Of a DNA stretch of 64,000 nt, positions 1 to 10,824 are shown piece after piece. The notes under the pieces are model-generated. The model did not search any database and was not told where the DNA came from. It saw only the letters and a program-made list of their open reading frames with translations. Source of the DNA: an uncultured Nitrososphaerales archaeon (GTDB taxonomy: Archaea > Thermoproteota > Nitrososphaeria > Nitrososphaerales > Nitrososphaeraceae); assembly GCA_963713605.1 (NCBI GenBank), contig CAVQMO010000001.1, positions 128,001 to 192,000 on the forward strand, written 5' to 3'. Numbering within the stretch: the stretch's first letter is position 1; each line of letters begins with the position of its first letter. Made by a program: the position numbers and the translations under genes.

Positions 1-717
1 AGCGTCCTGAACTTCAGGACCAAAAAAGTTCAAGCCAACTAGACTCTTATTGAGCCCGTTGTACAGCAAATCTCCGTTTTTGTTGTATGAAACCAAGAAT
101 CCTTCCTCAAAGTTCTCAATATTTTTATAATGGGAAAAAAAGGGATCTGCGAGAACTGAAGCTCCTATCGTCGCTATATATTCCCCCGAAAGTCTGTCGA
201 AGACCGGATATGAGATAAATATCCTGTATAAACCCTGTCGCTCAAAACCATCAGAGAAAACCGTCGAATTGCTCTCCCTCGTCTGTCTTACCCAATCCCT
301 AAATGACAAATCACTTCCTATAAGTGGTTCCCTCTCTTGTGCTAGTCCAACAGTCATCACATCGTTATTGTCCAAAATGAAAAGCCGGTTTATGATGTTA
401 TCGTATTTATCAAACTCTTCTTGCATCAATTCTTTTAATGCTGGAGATGAGTATCCCCTCTCCTGCACGTATATCGAATTACCTAGACCATTCATCATGG
501 CTATTACCCTTTCCAGATCAGAGCTCATATGTGTGCTAATTATCTTTGTATACTCCGTCTGTCTTCCTTTCTGTTGTTCAAAAATTCTGGTTTCGATATC
601 TTGTTTAGTAATGTTCTGTATGAAAAATAGTGATGCAAACGAAAAGCCAACTATCAGCACTATTAGAACAAGTGTGATCTTTCTTATGTTCCTGCCTGCA
701 AGATTAATTTTGATCAT
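1..717 (-). CDS. Membrane sensor protein N-terminus (TM + Cache-like domain), probably a histidine kinase; runs off the window
   Basis: Not in the ORF track. Manual translation from ATG 717 is open to base 1: MIKINLAGRNIRKITLVLIVLIVGFSFASLFFIQ...LFILDNNDV...GSDLSFRDWVRQT...IFISYPVFDRLSGEYIATIGASV. Confidence 0.75.
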   Translation of the reverse strand, partial: MIKINLAGRNIRKITLVLIVLIVGFSFASLFFIQNITKQDIETRIFEQQKGRQTEYTKIISTHMSSDLERVIAMMNGLGNSIYVQERGYSSPALKELMQEEFDKYDNIINRLFILDNNDVMTVGLAQEREPLIGSDLSFRDWVRQTRESNSTVFSDGFERQGLYRIFISYPVFDRLSGEYIATIGASVLADPFFSHYKNIENFEEGFLVSYNKNGDLLYNGLNKSLVGLNFFGPEVQDA

Positions 718-733
718 AATATCTTAGCTACAG

Positions 734-2068
734 TTACCATCCCAATTTTTCTGCCGACCTCTCTGCTGCTTCATTTAATGCTTCTTTTGGGTCTCCATTA
801 TGGTAGTAAACCTCATTGAGAGCTTCCCGAATTTCATCTGCAACAAGAGGGTATGCCGGTATAGCTGGCCTACTACCTCCTAATGGGATCATAGAAACCA
901 TGTCATCATAGTATGGATTTATTTTTCTTAATTGTTCAGAAAATGGTCCTTCTCCTATAATTAGCTGCGTAGGGAGATATCCACTCTTCGCCAACCAAGG
1001 AGATAGAATGGGAGGTTCTAGCATCAATGAAATGAGTTCCCATGCCAGATCTTTGTTGGAGGATGTCTGAGGGATTGCAAATTGCCAACCACCCATTAGC
1101 GTTGCCGTGACTGTATCATTGTCTGGCGTGGGTAACTTCGGTATAAAACCGACATTAGGGAAATCCGCTGCACCTAGATTTGAGGGCAACCAAGATCCTT
1201 CAATCATTACCGAAAAATTTCTATCTGCGAATTCCTTTCCCCAACCGTGAGTCGTCTGTGGCTTTATTCCATCTTTCACCTGGTCTTGAATAAATGAAAG
1301 GGCTTTAACGCCTGCAGTGCTATTGAAAGCTGGAAACCAATAACTGCCTCCTGATGGATACCCTTCCTTTTGTTGGAGTATCTCTCCACCGAGCATCCAC
1401 AAATATGGATACCACACATCAGCAGAATGATTAGCCCCAGTGAGGTGAACCCCTCCAATACCTCTAGGTCCATGCGTAGAATTTAGTTTCTTTGCAGCTT
1501 CGATATATCCATTCCATGTAGTTAATGATCCGGGCTCTACCCCCGCCACCTCAAGTAAGTCCTTCCAATACCATATTCCTCTCACATCAGTCCATGCCCA
1601 AATACCATATACGGTGTTATTATAAATCATGCCATCTATGTTAGACTGGTAAAAGTCTGGGAGTCTTCCCCAATTCTCAGTCTTCTCTGTCAGATCCGTC
1701 AATAGCCCCTTATCCGCAAGTTCTCCCAACCAAATCTGATCGACACTTATTACGTCTAATGGAGTTCTGTTAGTTATAGAGTTCTCTATTTGCCTCTTTG
1801 TTTGAGAGTATGGGGTATCCGTATATTCGACCTCGATATTGAGATCAGGATGATTTACCCTCAACTTCTCGAGAGCATTATCTACAAGAGATTTTCCCAT
1901 CCCTTTTTTATTAAACTCATCAAACAGAACTCTCAAAGTAACATTTTCTCCATTCCCATTAGGGACTGGAGTTGTGGACGCGAAACTAGAATTTGATTCA
2001 TAAATACAAAAGGCCGTGAGGAATATACAATTGATAACTATTATAATACCAACTGAACGAGGCTCCAC
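734..2068 (-). CDS. Extracellular solute-binding protein (sugar ABC SBP family 1-like)
   Basis: N-terminal hydrophobic segment; DVISVDQIWLGELADKGLLTDL, IWYWKDLLEVAG, MGGWQFAIP..S.NKDLAWE motifs. Confidence 0.9.
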   Translation of the reverse strand: MEPRSVGIIIVINCIFLTAFCIYESNSSFASTTPVPNGNGENVTLRVLFDEFNKKGMGKSLVDNALEKLRVNHPDLNIEVEYTDTPYSQTKRQIENSITNRTPLDVISVDQIWLGELADKGLLTDLTEKTENWGRLPDFYQSNIDGMIYNNTVYGIWAWTDVRGIWYWKDLLEVAGVEPGSLTTWNGYIEAAKKLNSTHGPRGIGGVHLTGANHSADVWYPYLWMLGGEILQQKEGYPSGGSYWFPAFNSTAGVKALSFIQDQVKDGIKPQTTHGWGKEFADRNFSVMIEGSWLPSNLGAADFPNVGFIPKLPTPDNDTVTATLMGGWQFAIPQTSSNKDLAWELISLMLEPPILSPWLAKSGYLPTQLIIGEGPFSEQLRKINPYYDDMVSMIPLGGSRPAIPAYPLVADEIREALNEVYYHNGDPKEALNEAAERSAEKLGW

Positions 2069-2753
2069 TATGTTACATTCAAGGCTTTAAGTATTTATCA
2101 TTTTTGTTCTACTTACATGTCACTTTGATAAAGCCTGATTGCGAGCCCATTGGATGAATAAAATGTCAGTACAATAGGAGACTATTCGATATGGTATCCG
2201 CAGTAACTGGAGCTGTCCATGTCGAGATTCAGGAGTTCCAGCTGTCGACTACACCTCTTGTTCATGTTTTATGCGAGTGCATCCTAATTAAAGATATGGT
2301 CACCAGCTGCTTAACATTCGGAAAGGAGTACTCCATGTTTTGATAGGGGTACCTAAGTACCTGCGTTATTCCATATGTTCAAAATTGCTAACCGAACTAG
2401 ACACGGAACCTTTGGGACCTTATCCAAGAATCGTTCCGAATTTTAGGGTCATCCTCCATGTGACTGAAACTGCGTGACGATACTAATGAATTAGTTTCTT
2501 TCTATTGTTCTGTAGAGTGAAAGGGGAGGGACTTGGAAATTCAAGATTTCACATCGACAAATTTGCATTTCTTGAATAAATCTTAATTGAAGCCATAACT
2601 GGTTTCGCTTACTTCAAAGTACAGTTCTAGTTAATCAGAATCCTATCAGTAGTAATTAAGTACATACAATAAAGTACAAATTCGTCTCCTTTATTAAAGA
2701 CGCTAGCATTAAATTGCGACTACATAATGGACGATTCTTTCTGAATCTACCCT

Positions 2754-3101
2754 TTATCGCTTCCCAGATGATTCCCTCACTGCAAGACCATATTCAAGCC
2801 TTGATTTTTTGCGCATATATGGAATGAGCCTGTAATGGATTGAGTAAATCCAGGTCTTGTGCTCATAATCCTTCTTCAGGATATCCTTTATAAGCAATGA
2901 CACTAGCCCACCAGATAGCTTGGATACAGGGATAGTATTAATTTTACAAAATTCATTCCTCTTGCACTGATATTCCTTTAGCGTAAAATAAGGACGATTT
3001 ACTTGAATGATGAGAGGCCACACTATATACTCCCATACTAATCTCCGATAGTATGTAGAGTGGGCATGCTTTCCTTTCTCCTTAGTTCTAGATCTCATCA
3101 T
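2754..3101 (-). CDS. Hypothetical basic protein
   Basis: 115-aa ATG ORF, no family recognised. Confidence 0.55.
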   Translation of the reverse strand: MMRSRTKEKGKHAHSTYYRRLVWEYIVWPLIIQVNRPYFTLKEYQCKRNEFCKINTIPVSKLSGGLVSLLIKDILKKDYEHKTWIYSIHYRLIPYMRKKSRLEYGLAVRESSGKR

Positions 3102-3275
3102 TCACAGGCCAATATGAAATCAATAATCAGAAGTTAATTTATTATTTTTGATAGATGTGTGAGTGGTCGGCCTAGATGTATCCTGCAAGTGTGAGGGGAT
3201 CAAACGATACACTTTGGTTGGTTAAGATTTTACAGATTTGGCATTCAAAGCATCTTGAGTGAAGTATTCCTACCA

Positions 3276-3302
3276 CTAGTTGGGTTGATATAACCCAACT
3301 AG
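3276..3302. repeat. Perfect 11-bp inverted repeat downstream of FTR1
   Basis: CTAGTTGGGTT-GATAT-AACCCAACTAG. Confidence 0.8.
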
Positions 3303-3383
3303 AGAGCAAATCTCCATGGATTGTATTTAGTGAATAGACCTCGCTCCTCTCTCCGTACCGCAGGTAGGCTTTGATGTCTCTAC

Positions 3384-5812
3384 CTATGACGATCTCATTC
3401 CACCCTTCTTTCTTTGTAGATCCGCCATAGATTTTCGTGCACTTTCGATAGCTTTCTGTCTTCGGGGCTTCAAAATCAGTATATAAAGGGAGCCTATCAA
3501 GTATATGGAAAGGAGAACAATTTGAGCAATCACAGATTCTAGTGTGGGATGGATACCTGTCATGGTTGCAAGGTTAATATCCAACCTAGGAACTATGCCG
3601 ACCAGTGGAGTAGTAGATACTATTCCTAATTCTTGCAATTCTCTGACTGCATTGCCCATGAATGCTATGGACATGTATGCTCCTATCCCCATGGTTAAGG
3701 CAAAGAGTACCCTTAAGGGCAACCTTCTGCCAAGCCTGTTGATTAAAATAGCAACACCAATGATCACCGCTAGTCCTATGACCATACCTGCAATAACATA
3801 CAACTCCATGTACTTTGCAAAGGATAGCATGGCTTGGTAAAACAAGACGGTTTCAAAACCTTCCCTATAGACCGTGAAAAACGCCAGAGCAACAAATACA
3901 ATTACACTACCCGTTGTAGTGGCCTTCCAGACCTTTGCTTTAACAAATTCGATCCATTTCTTGGTTTCGATCTTGTTTAGTACCCAGAAGCTCACCCAAA
4001 AAAGAACTGCTACAGCTGAAAGTCCAGCCACTGCCTCTATCAATTCCCTATTCGCTCCAGAAATCTCAATTACATACTGTGCCACAAACCAAGTTGCAGC
4101 TGTAGCAACTACTGCAATTAGAATCCCGTAGTAGACATGCTTTTTGAAGCGTGCATTTCTTGACGCTTGCAGATACGTTAGAATAGCGCCTATTATTAAG
4201 GCTGATTCAAGACCTTCTCTGAATATAATTGAAAAGGAAGTCGAGAATGCAATTGCAGGTGCCACAATTCCCACCCCGGACACAAGTCTCTCTGATTCGT
4301 CTAAGCCTCTTCTAATTTCTATGGTCTTTGCTTCGACTTCCTGTAGTGGTACATGCTCGCTGAAGTAGGTTCCTTAATTCAGCAAATCTAATCTCCATCT
4401 CAAGTGTAAAATCGGGGTCTATTGGCCTTAGCGGAATTTCAACGACTTCATAACTATCTAGATATGCCGACCGTGCGGCCAAAAGTGCACCTTCGTAATT
4501 CTTATTCTCATATATTCTAAGCATCTCACTTAGTTTCAATCTTATCCGGTCTATGTTGTTTCTCACAGATTCCTTTGCTGGATCATCTGCTTCTCCCATC
4601 TGCCGGAATTCGCCAGTATAAGTACCGAAGCCTTGCCTCAATCCTTGAATATTTGCAAGTGAAGACCCGCCGCTAGCTGTTGTATTAATATTCAAATTCG
4701 AACGGTATTCAGGATCATTTTTGAGCAAATCCTCAGCTTGGTCCAATTTGCCTAGGATAGCTGTGATAAAACCACTAATCCCTTGTGGAGATTGTTCCTC
4801 CCTTATCATTTGACGAAGTTCTTCCCTCATCTCTATTTCGATATCGAGCATCAAGTCGGGATCGTGTTTTTCGATAGGCGCTTCCAGATATTCGAAGTTA
4901 TCTAGATATGCTTTGATTGCAGTTGCGTCTGCAGCTTTATAGTCGCCCTCGTTCACCGACACAATAGTACTGTTAAGCAGATCCCTTGTAGTAGAAAAGT
5001 ATTTTGCCTGTTCTGATGCGCTCTCACTGCCACCACTTAAAGTTAGTTCCTCTGTAAAGTCTCGTTCAATTGCAGAAGCAACACTTACTACAGTATCAAA
5101 TGGAGTATCATTGTTCATACTTACCTGTATCTGTTGATAAAAAGATCTAATTTCATCTCGTCTCCTCTCATCAACGGAGTCCGCAACCCTTTCAAAATCT
5201 GCAAGTGACGTGTTTACCAACCCTAATGAGTTCTGAAGATTAAATGTGCTAGATTCATCCTGGATAGCTGAAGCGTTAGCTGAGCTTGTAGGATTGAATT
5301 GCGTCTTCCAGAAGCACAGCTGAGGCCTGCAGGAAAAATCCCTTATCTTCAGCAAAGCCTTGTCCTGCAATTGAGTTCGAGAGGCCGTTCAATAGGTTGT
5401 TTATCGTTACGACATCAGATTCTATATTGGAATTTGCGACTTCTGGGCTATTTGAAGCTCGAATCTTAATTGGAAAATCAGTAAGTAGTGCTTCAAGACT
5501 TTTTGAAGATGCTGGGTCTGTTTGACTTAATAAGGGCCTAATTACTGGGAAGGTAACCGAATGAGGAATATAGGCATGCTGGAATGCAGATTCGAGGTCA
5601 CCGCTGTTTAAACTATATTGCGTGAGGTTAAGTTGAGTTCCAATCCTTTCTAGATTGATGAAAACTATAAGTGGATCTGCCGATTGTTGGTTTTCGGCTG
5701 GTAGCTGCGCGATTCCATCATCGATAAAAAATGAGGAAATAACTAAGTTACTAGCAGCAAGAATCAAAAACGCTAAAAACAACGATTCTGTTAAGCGTCT
5801 GCTCAGACTCAT
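3384..5812 (-). CDS. FTR1-family iron permease with long extracellular N-terminal region; one gene split into 3 ORFs by frameshifts near 5285 and 4362
   Basis: Two RExxE motifs (FREGLES, YREGFET); repeated AYLDN/SYE..E.P helical domains; frames join as ...RNLL/SEHVPLQEVEAKTIEIRRGLDESERLVSGVG. Confidence 0.9.
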
Positions 5813-5815
5813 CTA

Positions 5816-5829
5816 TTAGGCTAACCTAA
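5816..5829. promoter_or_regulatory. TTAG-N6-CTAA operator 3 nt before the FTR1 ATG
   Basis: TTAGGCTAACCTAA; resembles the DtxR/SirR box core. Confidence 0.8.
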
Positions 5830-5893
5830 GACTCACAAATAAATAGATTTCTTTTATTAGACATCGATTGGGTCATAGATGAAAATAATACTG

Positions 5894-5929
5894 TTTAAAT
5901 ATTAGGATTTCCTAATTAGGAAAGTCTAA
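5894..5929 (+). promoter_or_regulatory. TATA box followed by a tandem operator pair
   Basis: TTTAAATA (5894-5901), TTAGGATTTCCTAA, TTAGGAAAGTCTAA, then ATG at 5932. Confidence 0.8.
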
Positions 5930-5931
5930 CA

Positions 5932-6126
5932 ATGGAAAAGGCTTTCAAATTTCTCGAAAGTATAAATAAGAATGAAAAAATTGAAAAAGTTGAAGAAATA
6001 GATTTAACGACCTATATTTGTGACAATACTGATGGGATTTTGGATCCTTTAGACCAGATTACTTATGGATTGAACGAGGTTCAGGTTACGTACGGCAATG
6101 TGGTGGTCTTGAAAGATGCACCTTGA
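5932..6126 (+). CDS. Small acidic hypothetical protein (64 aa)
   Basis: ATG directly after TATA + operator pair (leaderless geometry). Confidence 0.65.
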   Translation: MEKAFKFLESINKNEKIEKVEEIDLTTYICDNTDGILDPLDQITYGLNEVQVTYGNVVVLKDAP

Positions 6127-6132
6127 TGAAAA

Positions 6133-6393
6133 ATGTCTCCGCCAAACTCTTCGGATAAAAATCCTATTGAGGATGACAAGGCCGATGAGGTGAAGGCGTT
6201 AATATCTAGATATATGCTTTTGAAAATTGAACAAAGAAAGATCGAGAATAAGTTGAATGAGGTAATAAAATACTATGACACCGAATCTCTTAGAATTATC
6301 TTCGAACCAATAGGTGACTCTATAATGGGAACCATTGGATTGGAACTTCCTCATAGGAAGAACGAAAAGGATATATCGCAGAATCAAACTTAA
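6133..6393 (+). CDS. Small hypothetical protein (86 aa)
   Basis: Starts 6 nt after the previous stop; probable operon. Confidence 0.6.
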   Translation: MSPPNSSDKNPIEDDKADEVKALISRYMLLKIEQRKIENKLNEVIKYYDTESLRIIFEPIGDSIMGTIGLELPHRKNEKDISQNQT

Positions 6394-6630
6394 ATGCAGG
6401 CATATGCTGTTTATATTTAAAGGCTGATTCCGTTTTGAAGGCTAATTCCAAGTTGCAGCTGAATGCAGTTTCATTTCTTTGAATATATTAAATATCTTAT
6501 ATAAATCTGAGATTAAGGCTTAGAAAGATCATCAATTTTGTGATATCAGCAGGCGAAAGTGTAGAACGAATATTTTTAATATTATTTGGAATTATTTTGC
6601 GGTTTCTACAAATCTATCTACGCTTTATTA

Positions 6631-6644
6631 TTAGTTCGTACTAA
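6631..6644. promoter_or_regulatory. TTAG-N6-CTAA operator upstream of the ferritin-like gene's TATA
   Basis: TTAGTTCGTACTAA; TATA-like ATTAAATA at 6658-6665. Confidence 0.65.
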
Positions 6645-6696
6645 ATTGTTGAATATTATTAAATAGGAGTATATCTATATAGATATTGATTATAAA

Positions 6697-7182
6697 ATGG
6701 GCAAAATGGGAAAAGAAATAGCTGGCTCTGGTGTAGAAGGCACAATAGAGATGCTAAAGACTGCATATGCTGGAGAGTTGTCGGCGTTTCATTATTTCTG
6801 GTACGTTTCTCAGAATATAGAGGGACTAGGCGTGCTGGAACAAAAGTTTTTTGAAGAACGAGCAGATGAAGAACTGGGACACGCTAAAAAAGTCTCCGTT
6901 AGACTAATGCAGCTAGGAACTAATGCCAAAGACGACCCTGCCTTGTGGGAACAAGAAAGTGGATTGGGCAAACTACAACCTTCAAGGTATTTGACACTTC
7001 GAAGTGCTTTAGAGAAAGCTTTGGAATTCGAAAGGAGCGTTATCAAATTATACAATGATCTTGCGAATAACGTTAAGGATAAAGACCACGGTACCTACCA
7101 TCTGGCACTAGACTTACTTGATGCAGAGCTGGAGGACGAACAGACAATTGAGGACATACTCGCAAAGCTGGAAATCCATTGA
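6697..7182 (+). CDS. Ferritin-like protein (bacterioferritin/DPS-like)
   Basis: 161 aa; di-iron-type motifs AYAGE, DEELGH, ALEFE..VI..Y, DAELEDE. Confidence 0.85.
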   Translation: MGKMGKEIAGSGVEGTIEMLKTAYAGELSAFHYFWYVSQNIEGLGVLEQKFFEERADEELGHAKKVSVRLMQLGTNAKDDPALWEQESGLGKLQPSRYLTLRSALEKALEFERSVIKLYNDLANNVKDKDHGTYHLALDLLDAELEDEQTIEDILAKLEIH

Positions 7183-7287
7183 GTACTTCTGCAATATTTT
7201 TTGACACTTTTTTCTTTCATTTCCTCAAATTAATTGTAAAGTAATTGAAGCTCTCAACCTTATTGTAAATAATCTTGTAAAAGTGGC

Positions 7288-8543
7288 TTAGCCCCATACT
7301 TTCTCCCTGAAAGTCCATTTCTTATTAAGTATAAAATTACTTATTGAAGCTGCAGCTACTGCACAAATGAGCGATAGATTATAAGATATTCCAGATTCAA
7401 CCATAAGATAGACTAACGTAAGCTGTATAGAAATCCCTAAAGAGCTGAAAATAAGAAACAACCCGTATTGTTTCAAAGTGTAAAGCACTGAAAACTTTTT
7501 GTCTTCAAACGTCCAAATCTTATTCAAGAGGAAATTAGTGGTTATTGAGACAGCTATTCCTATTGCGGTAGCCTGAACATACCAAAAATTAGCCAAGGTT
7601 CCATTAGAGAGTAGAAAAGAAACCAAGAAATTGATTACTAGTCCGCTGGCTCCTACAGTGAAGAACCTAGCTGCTTTTGACAGGAATAATACAGAATCTT
7701 CTGTGTTCTGTACCTCTCCAATCTTTTTTGCGATTTTCTTCCGTACTTGTATAGACTCCAAACTGCCTTAGTATAATCCACTAAGACCCTGAGATCCAGT
7801 TTACTATTCCCATATTTTCTCACAGTAAATGTATATGGAATCTCTTTTACGGTAACGTAACTCTGTTTCTTAACCAATATTTCAAGCAAAATCTTGAACC
7901 CTTGGGTATTGAAATCGATGTCCTTTAAAACATGACGTGGTAAAGCAAAAAATCCGGACATTGGGTCTCGAACTTCCTTTACGTTGAGGCCATACCTTGC
8001 AATTCCAGTCGCACCAAAACTAATTAAAAGTCTCTTTAATGGTACACCTACAATAGTGCCTCCCTTTGCGTACCTTGAACCAATCACGACACAATTAGAT
8101 TCGTTCTTGAGTTCACTTATGATGCGAGGTATAAGTTGAGGAGGGTGCGAAAAGTCAGCATCCATTACTAGTATGTTCTTCCCTCTCGAGGTCTTGATAC
8201 CATCAAGCACTGCACACATCAAGCCATCACGTCTCTGCCTATGAATAACCTTGATTGTCGGTGGGCGACTGTCGTTATGGCTTACGTCAAAATCACTCTC
8301 TAGTACAAACTTATCAACTAGAGAACCAGTCCCATCTGGAGAATTATCATCAATTATCAAAATTTCCGTCCTAATATCTTGAGGGATCTTGCTCGTAATT
8401 TCTCTTACTAGCCTGATGATATTTTCGCTTTCGTTATAGGTAGGTATAACAATTGACAAGAAAGTAGAGGATGTTTCTTCGATATGAGATGTCTCATTTT
8501 CTTGATGAGTTTGAAATAACTCAGCTGCTCTTTGATCCCTCAA
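7288..8543 (-). CDS. GT2 polyprenol-phosphate mannosyltransferase fused to a GtrA domain; frameshifted near 7700-7730
   Basis: SIVIPTYNE, IIDDNSPDGT, VMDADFSH, DPMSGFF, followed by GtrA-like RFFTVGASG...NFLLNKIWTF. Confidence 0.88.
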
Positions 8544-8676
8544 TGGTCGAATATGTTATAAAATATTATATATATATACTCCCGTTTGATTCTCAATAGA
8601 GAAAAACAAAATATGATAAATTGACGATCCTATTATAAGGTCAGAAAACTAAGATGTACATTTATCGATCTAAAAT

Positions 8677-9700
8677 ATGTTTAAATGTTTCAATAAAATT
8701 CGAATAAATTATAATATTTTGGCATCTGTTTTGATTCTAATGATGTTTTCGATGACATACTTAGGGCTTTCAATCCAAAATTATGCTTTGGCGTCGTTAC
8801 CTTGCGAAATTAGAAATGAAATGAAATCAGAGAATAGTGAAATTAACTTCTACTCATTAGTTCCGACCAATATTTCAGTAATGCCAGAATCATTACCTGC
8901 GGGTAACTTGTATCTTTCTCCAATTTTTTCTAACGGAACTGCCACGTATACCAGAAACCTGACCGATGAATTATTTCCCTTTCAACTAGATCGCATTGGA
9001 TCTCCAATGTCTCGTCCAACTACCGAAGTTGCTGCTCCGTTCTTGGTGATACTATTTACATAATATGTGGTTATGATGAGGGTGGTTGATATGGTAGAAT
9101 TGTACATTGCAACGTCTGATTCTTGGGGGAAGGGATTGCTCAACTACCTCTTCCGCTGCACCATACTTCTGCGGCTTCATATCAAGGTAAGATCTATGTC
9201 GCTGGAGGCTATACGGGAGATTGGCGCGAGCGACAGATTGTTTACTTATGATCCAACAACCAATGAATGGACTCAAGGTAAACCTATGCCTACTCCAAGA
9301 GGTTATCCTACTGCAAATTTCGTAAATGGTACCCTATGTCGTAGGAGGCGATGGCGGAGCTACTAATGAAAGGTCGTTGAATGCTACTTAATCATTTGAT
9401 CCTGTCACGAACAAATGGACTAGTCACGCCTCTATGCCCACAGCTAGGCATCACGCAGCATTCGCCGTAGTGGATGGTAAATTGTATGTAGTTGGAGGGA
9501 GAATTGGAGAGGAATTCAACAATGTAGATCTCGCTGAGGTGTATGACCCTGTTTTAGACAGTTGGACTACAAATCTTGAACCGAAGCCTTCAAAAAGAAG
9601 CGGAATAGGTGCGGTTTCATTAAATGGAGCAATCTACGTCCTGGGTGGAGAACTGACTCCAACCACTTTTCGATAATAACGAAACATACGATCCAGACAG
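8677..9700 (+). pseudogene. Secreted Kelch-repeat protein, multiply disrupted
   Basis: Kelch fragments in several frames (YDPTTNEWTQGKPMPTPR, MPTARHH..VVDGKLYVVGG, IYVLGG); several shifts and stops. Confidence 0.8.
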
Positions 9701-9725
9701 GCATAAAGTCATTTTATTTTTTGCC

Positions 9726-9839
9726 GATAGCGACACGTCTAGCGATAACAAGCTTTTCATTTGCTCGGAGTGTAGAGCAAGGTGTAAATCTGAAGATTTG
9801 TTGAATGAACATATGTATGAAGAACATGGAAAGCAATAA
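9726..9839 (+). CDS. C2H2 zinc-finger microprotein, copy 1 (start unclear)
   Basis: DSDTSSDNKLFICSECRARCKSEDLLNEHMYEEHGKQ*; paralog of 15626-15817. Confidence 0.55.
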   Translation, partial: DSDTSSDNKLFICSECRARCKSEDLLNEHMYEEHGKQ

Positions 9840-10005
9840 TTAACGCTGATATGTTCCTCATATTTCATCCATTGCAGTTTGAATCTGTGTGTCCTTTTAT
9901 CCCATAAATCGACTGAATAGATCAGGCGGTCCAAATCATATGTCTTTAATTAGGTATTTTAATTGCGAAAGTCTCTCCAAAGAGAATCATAAACAAGGAT
10001 AAATA

Positions 10006-10033
10006 TTAGCCTAACCTAATTAGTATTAACTAA
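10006..10033. promoter_or_regulatory. Tandem operator pair
   Basis: TTAGCCTAACCTAA + TTAGTATTAACTAA. Confidence 0.8.
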
Positions 10034-10128
10034 TACGGTGAACAACTAACTATTGGAATGTCTGGGATTGGCATCTATGGAAATTCCAATAGAAGAACGC
10101 TGCAAACGCCAGGTCAGAAAATACACCT

Positions 10129-10173
10129 CCTACTCGATTGGATTATAACTACAACCTAACCCAATCGAGTAGG
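10129..10173. repeat. Perfect 13-bp inverted repeat with 19-nt loop
   Basis: CCTACTCGATTGG...CCAATCGAGTAGG. Confidence 0.8.
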
Positions 10174-10522
10174 TCTCCAACCAACTTGGTATGAACCAAA
10201 AGCATAGTTATTATCAAATATGAAGGGTATCTAGAAGTCTTAACATTCAATCATGTCGCATTGCAAGAGCCTACGTGTATCTCAGACCATCACTCAGAAA
10301 ATGAGCATATTGAACATTTGACACAAAAAGGTTCAATATATGCGATCTTGTTTGCGGTAAAGCTTATGAGGCTATCCACAATTAGTTGCCCCAATATTAT
10401 TCCCAAAGACAATAATTGCTCCTAAGCGAATACTCTAAAAAATGGACAAGAAAGAATGAAGTGGTTATTGGAAAGATAGGCGTGTGGCGTATCAACCGAA
10501 CAGTTGCTGTGCAGTAATCAAA

Positions 10523-10747
10523 TTACCACCAACTGTATTTACCAATTGTTGCAAGAGGTACTCTGGTTTCGATTGCATTTTGAATATCTTCTCTTATCAT
10601 TATTTCAGTTGCTTTCATCAAAGCTGGATTTAGTTGACCCAACGGAGCCTCTAGGAACTCGTAATTATCCAAATAAGCAATTTGTGCTAATTCCACTGCA
10701 CCAGTGAAATTCTGATTACCGTATCCTACTACTGCTTGATTTAACAA
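10523..10747 (-). pseudogene. Fragment homologous to the FTR1 extracellular repeat domain
   Basis: AQIAYLDNYEFLEAPL vs AIKAYLDNFEYLEAPI in FTR1. Confidence 0.7.
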
Positions 10748-10824
10748 GCTCTGAATCGTAGAGATTAGTTCTAGTGGTTCGCTAGTTGAAAAGATAGTTT
10801 ACTTAATAGAATTTTTGATTGCCT

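Noticed and set aside
269..727. 152-aa plus-strand ORF
   Set aside because: Shadow of the minus-strand TM-Cache gene (717 to 1)
9620..9934. Minus-strand ORFs 9620-9934 and 15643-15840 similar to each other
   Set aside because: Antisense shadows of the C2H2 microprotein; the synonymous pattern favours the plus frame
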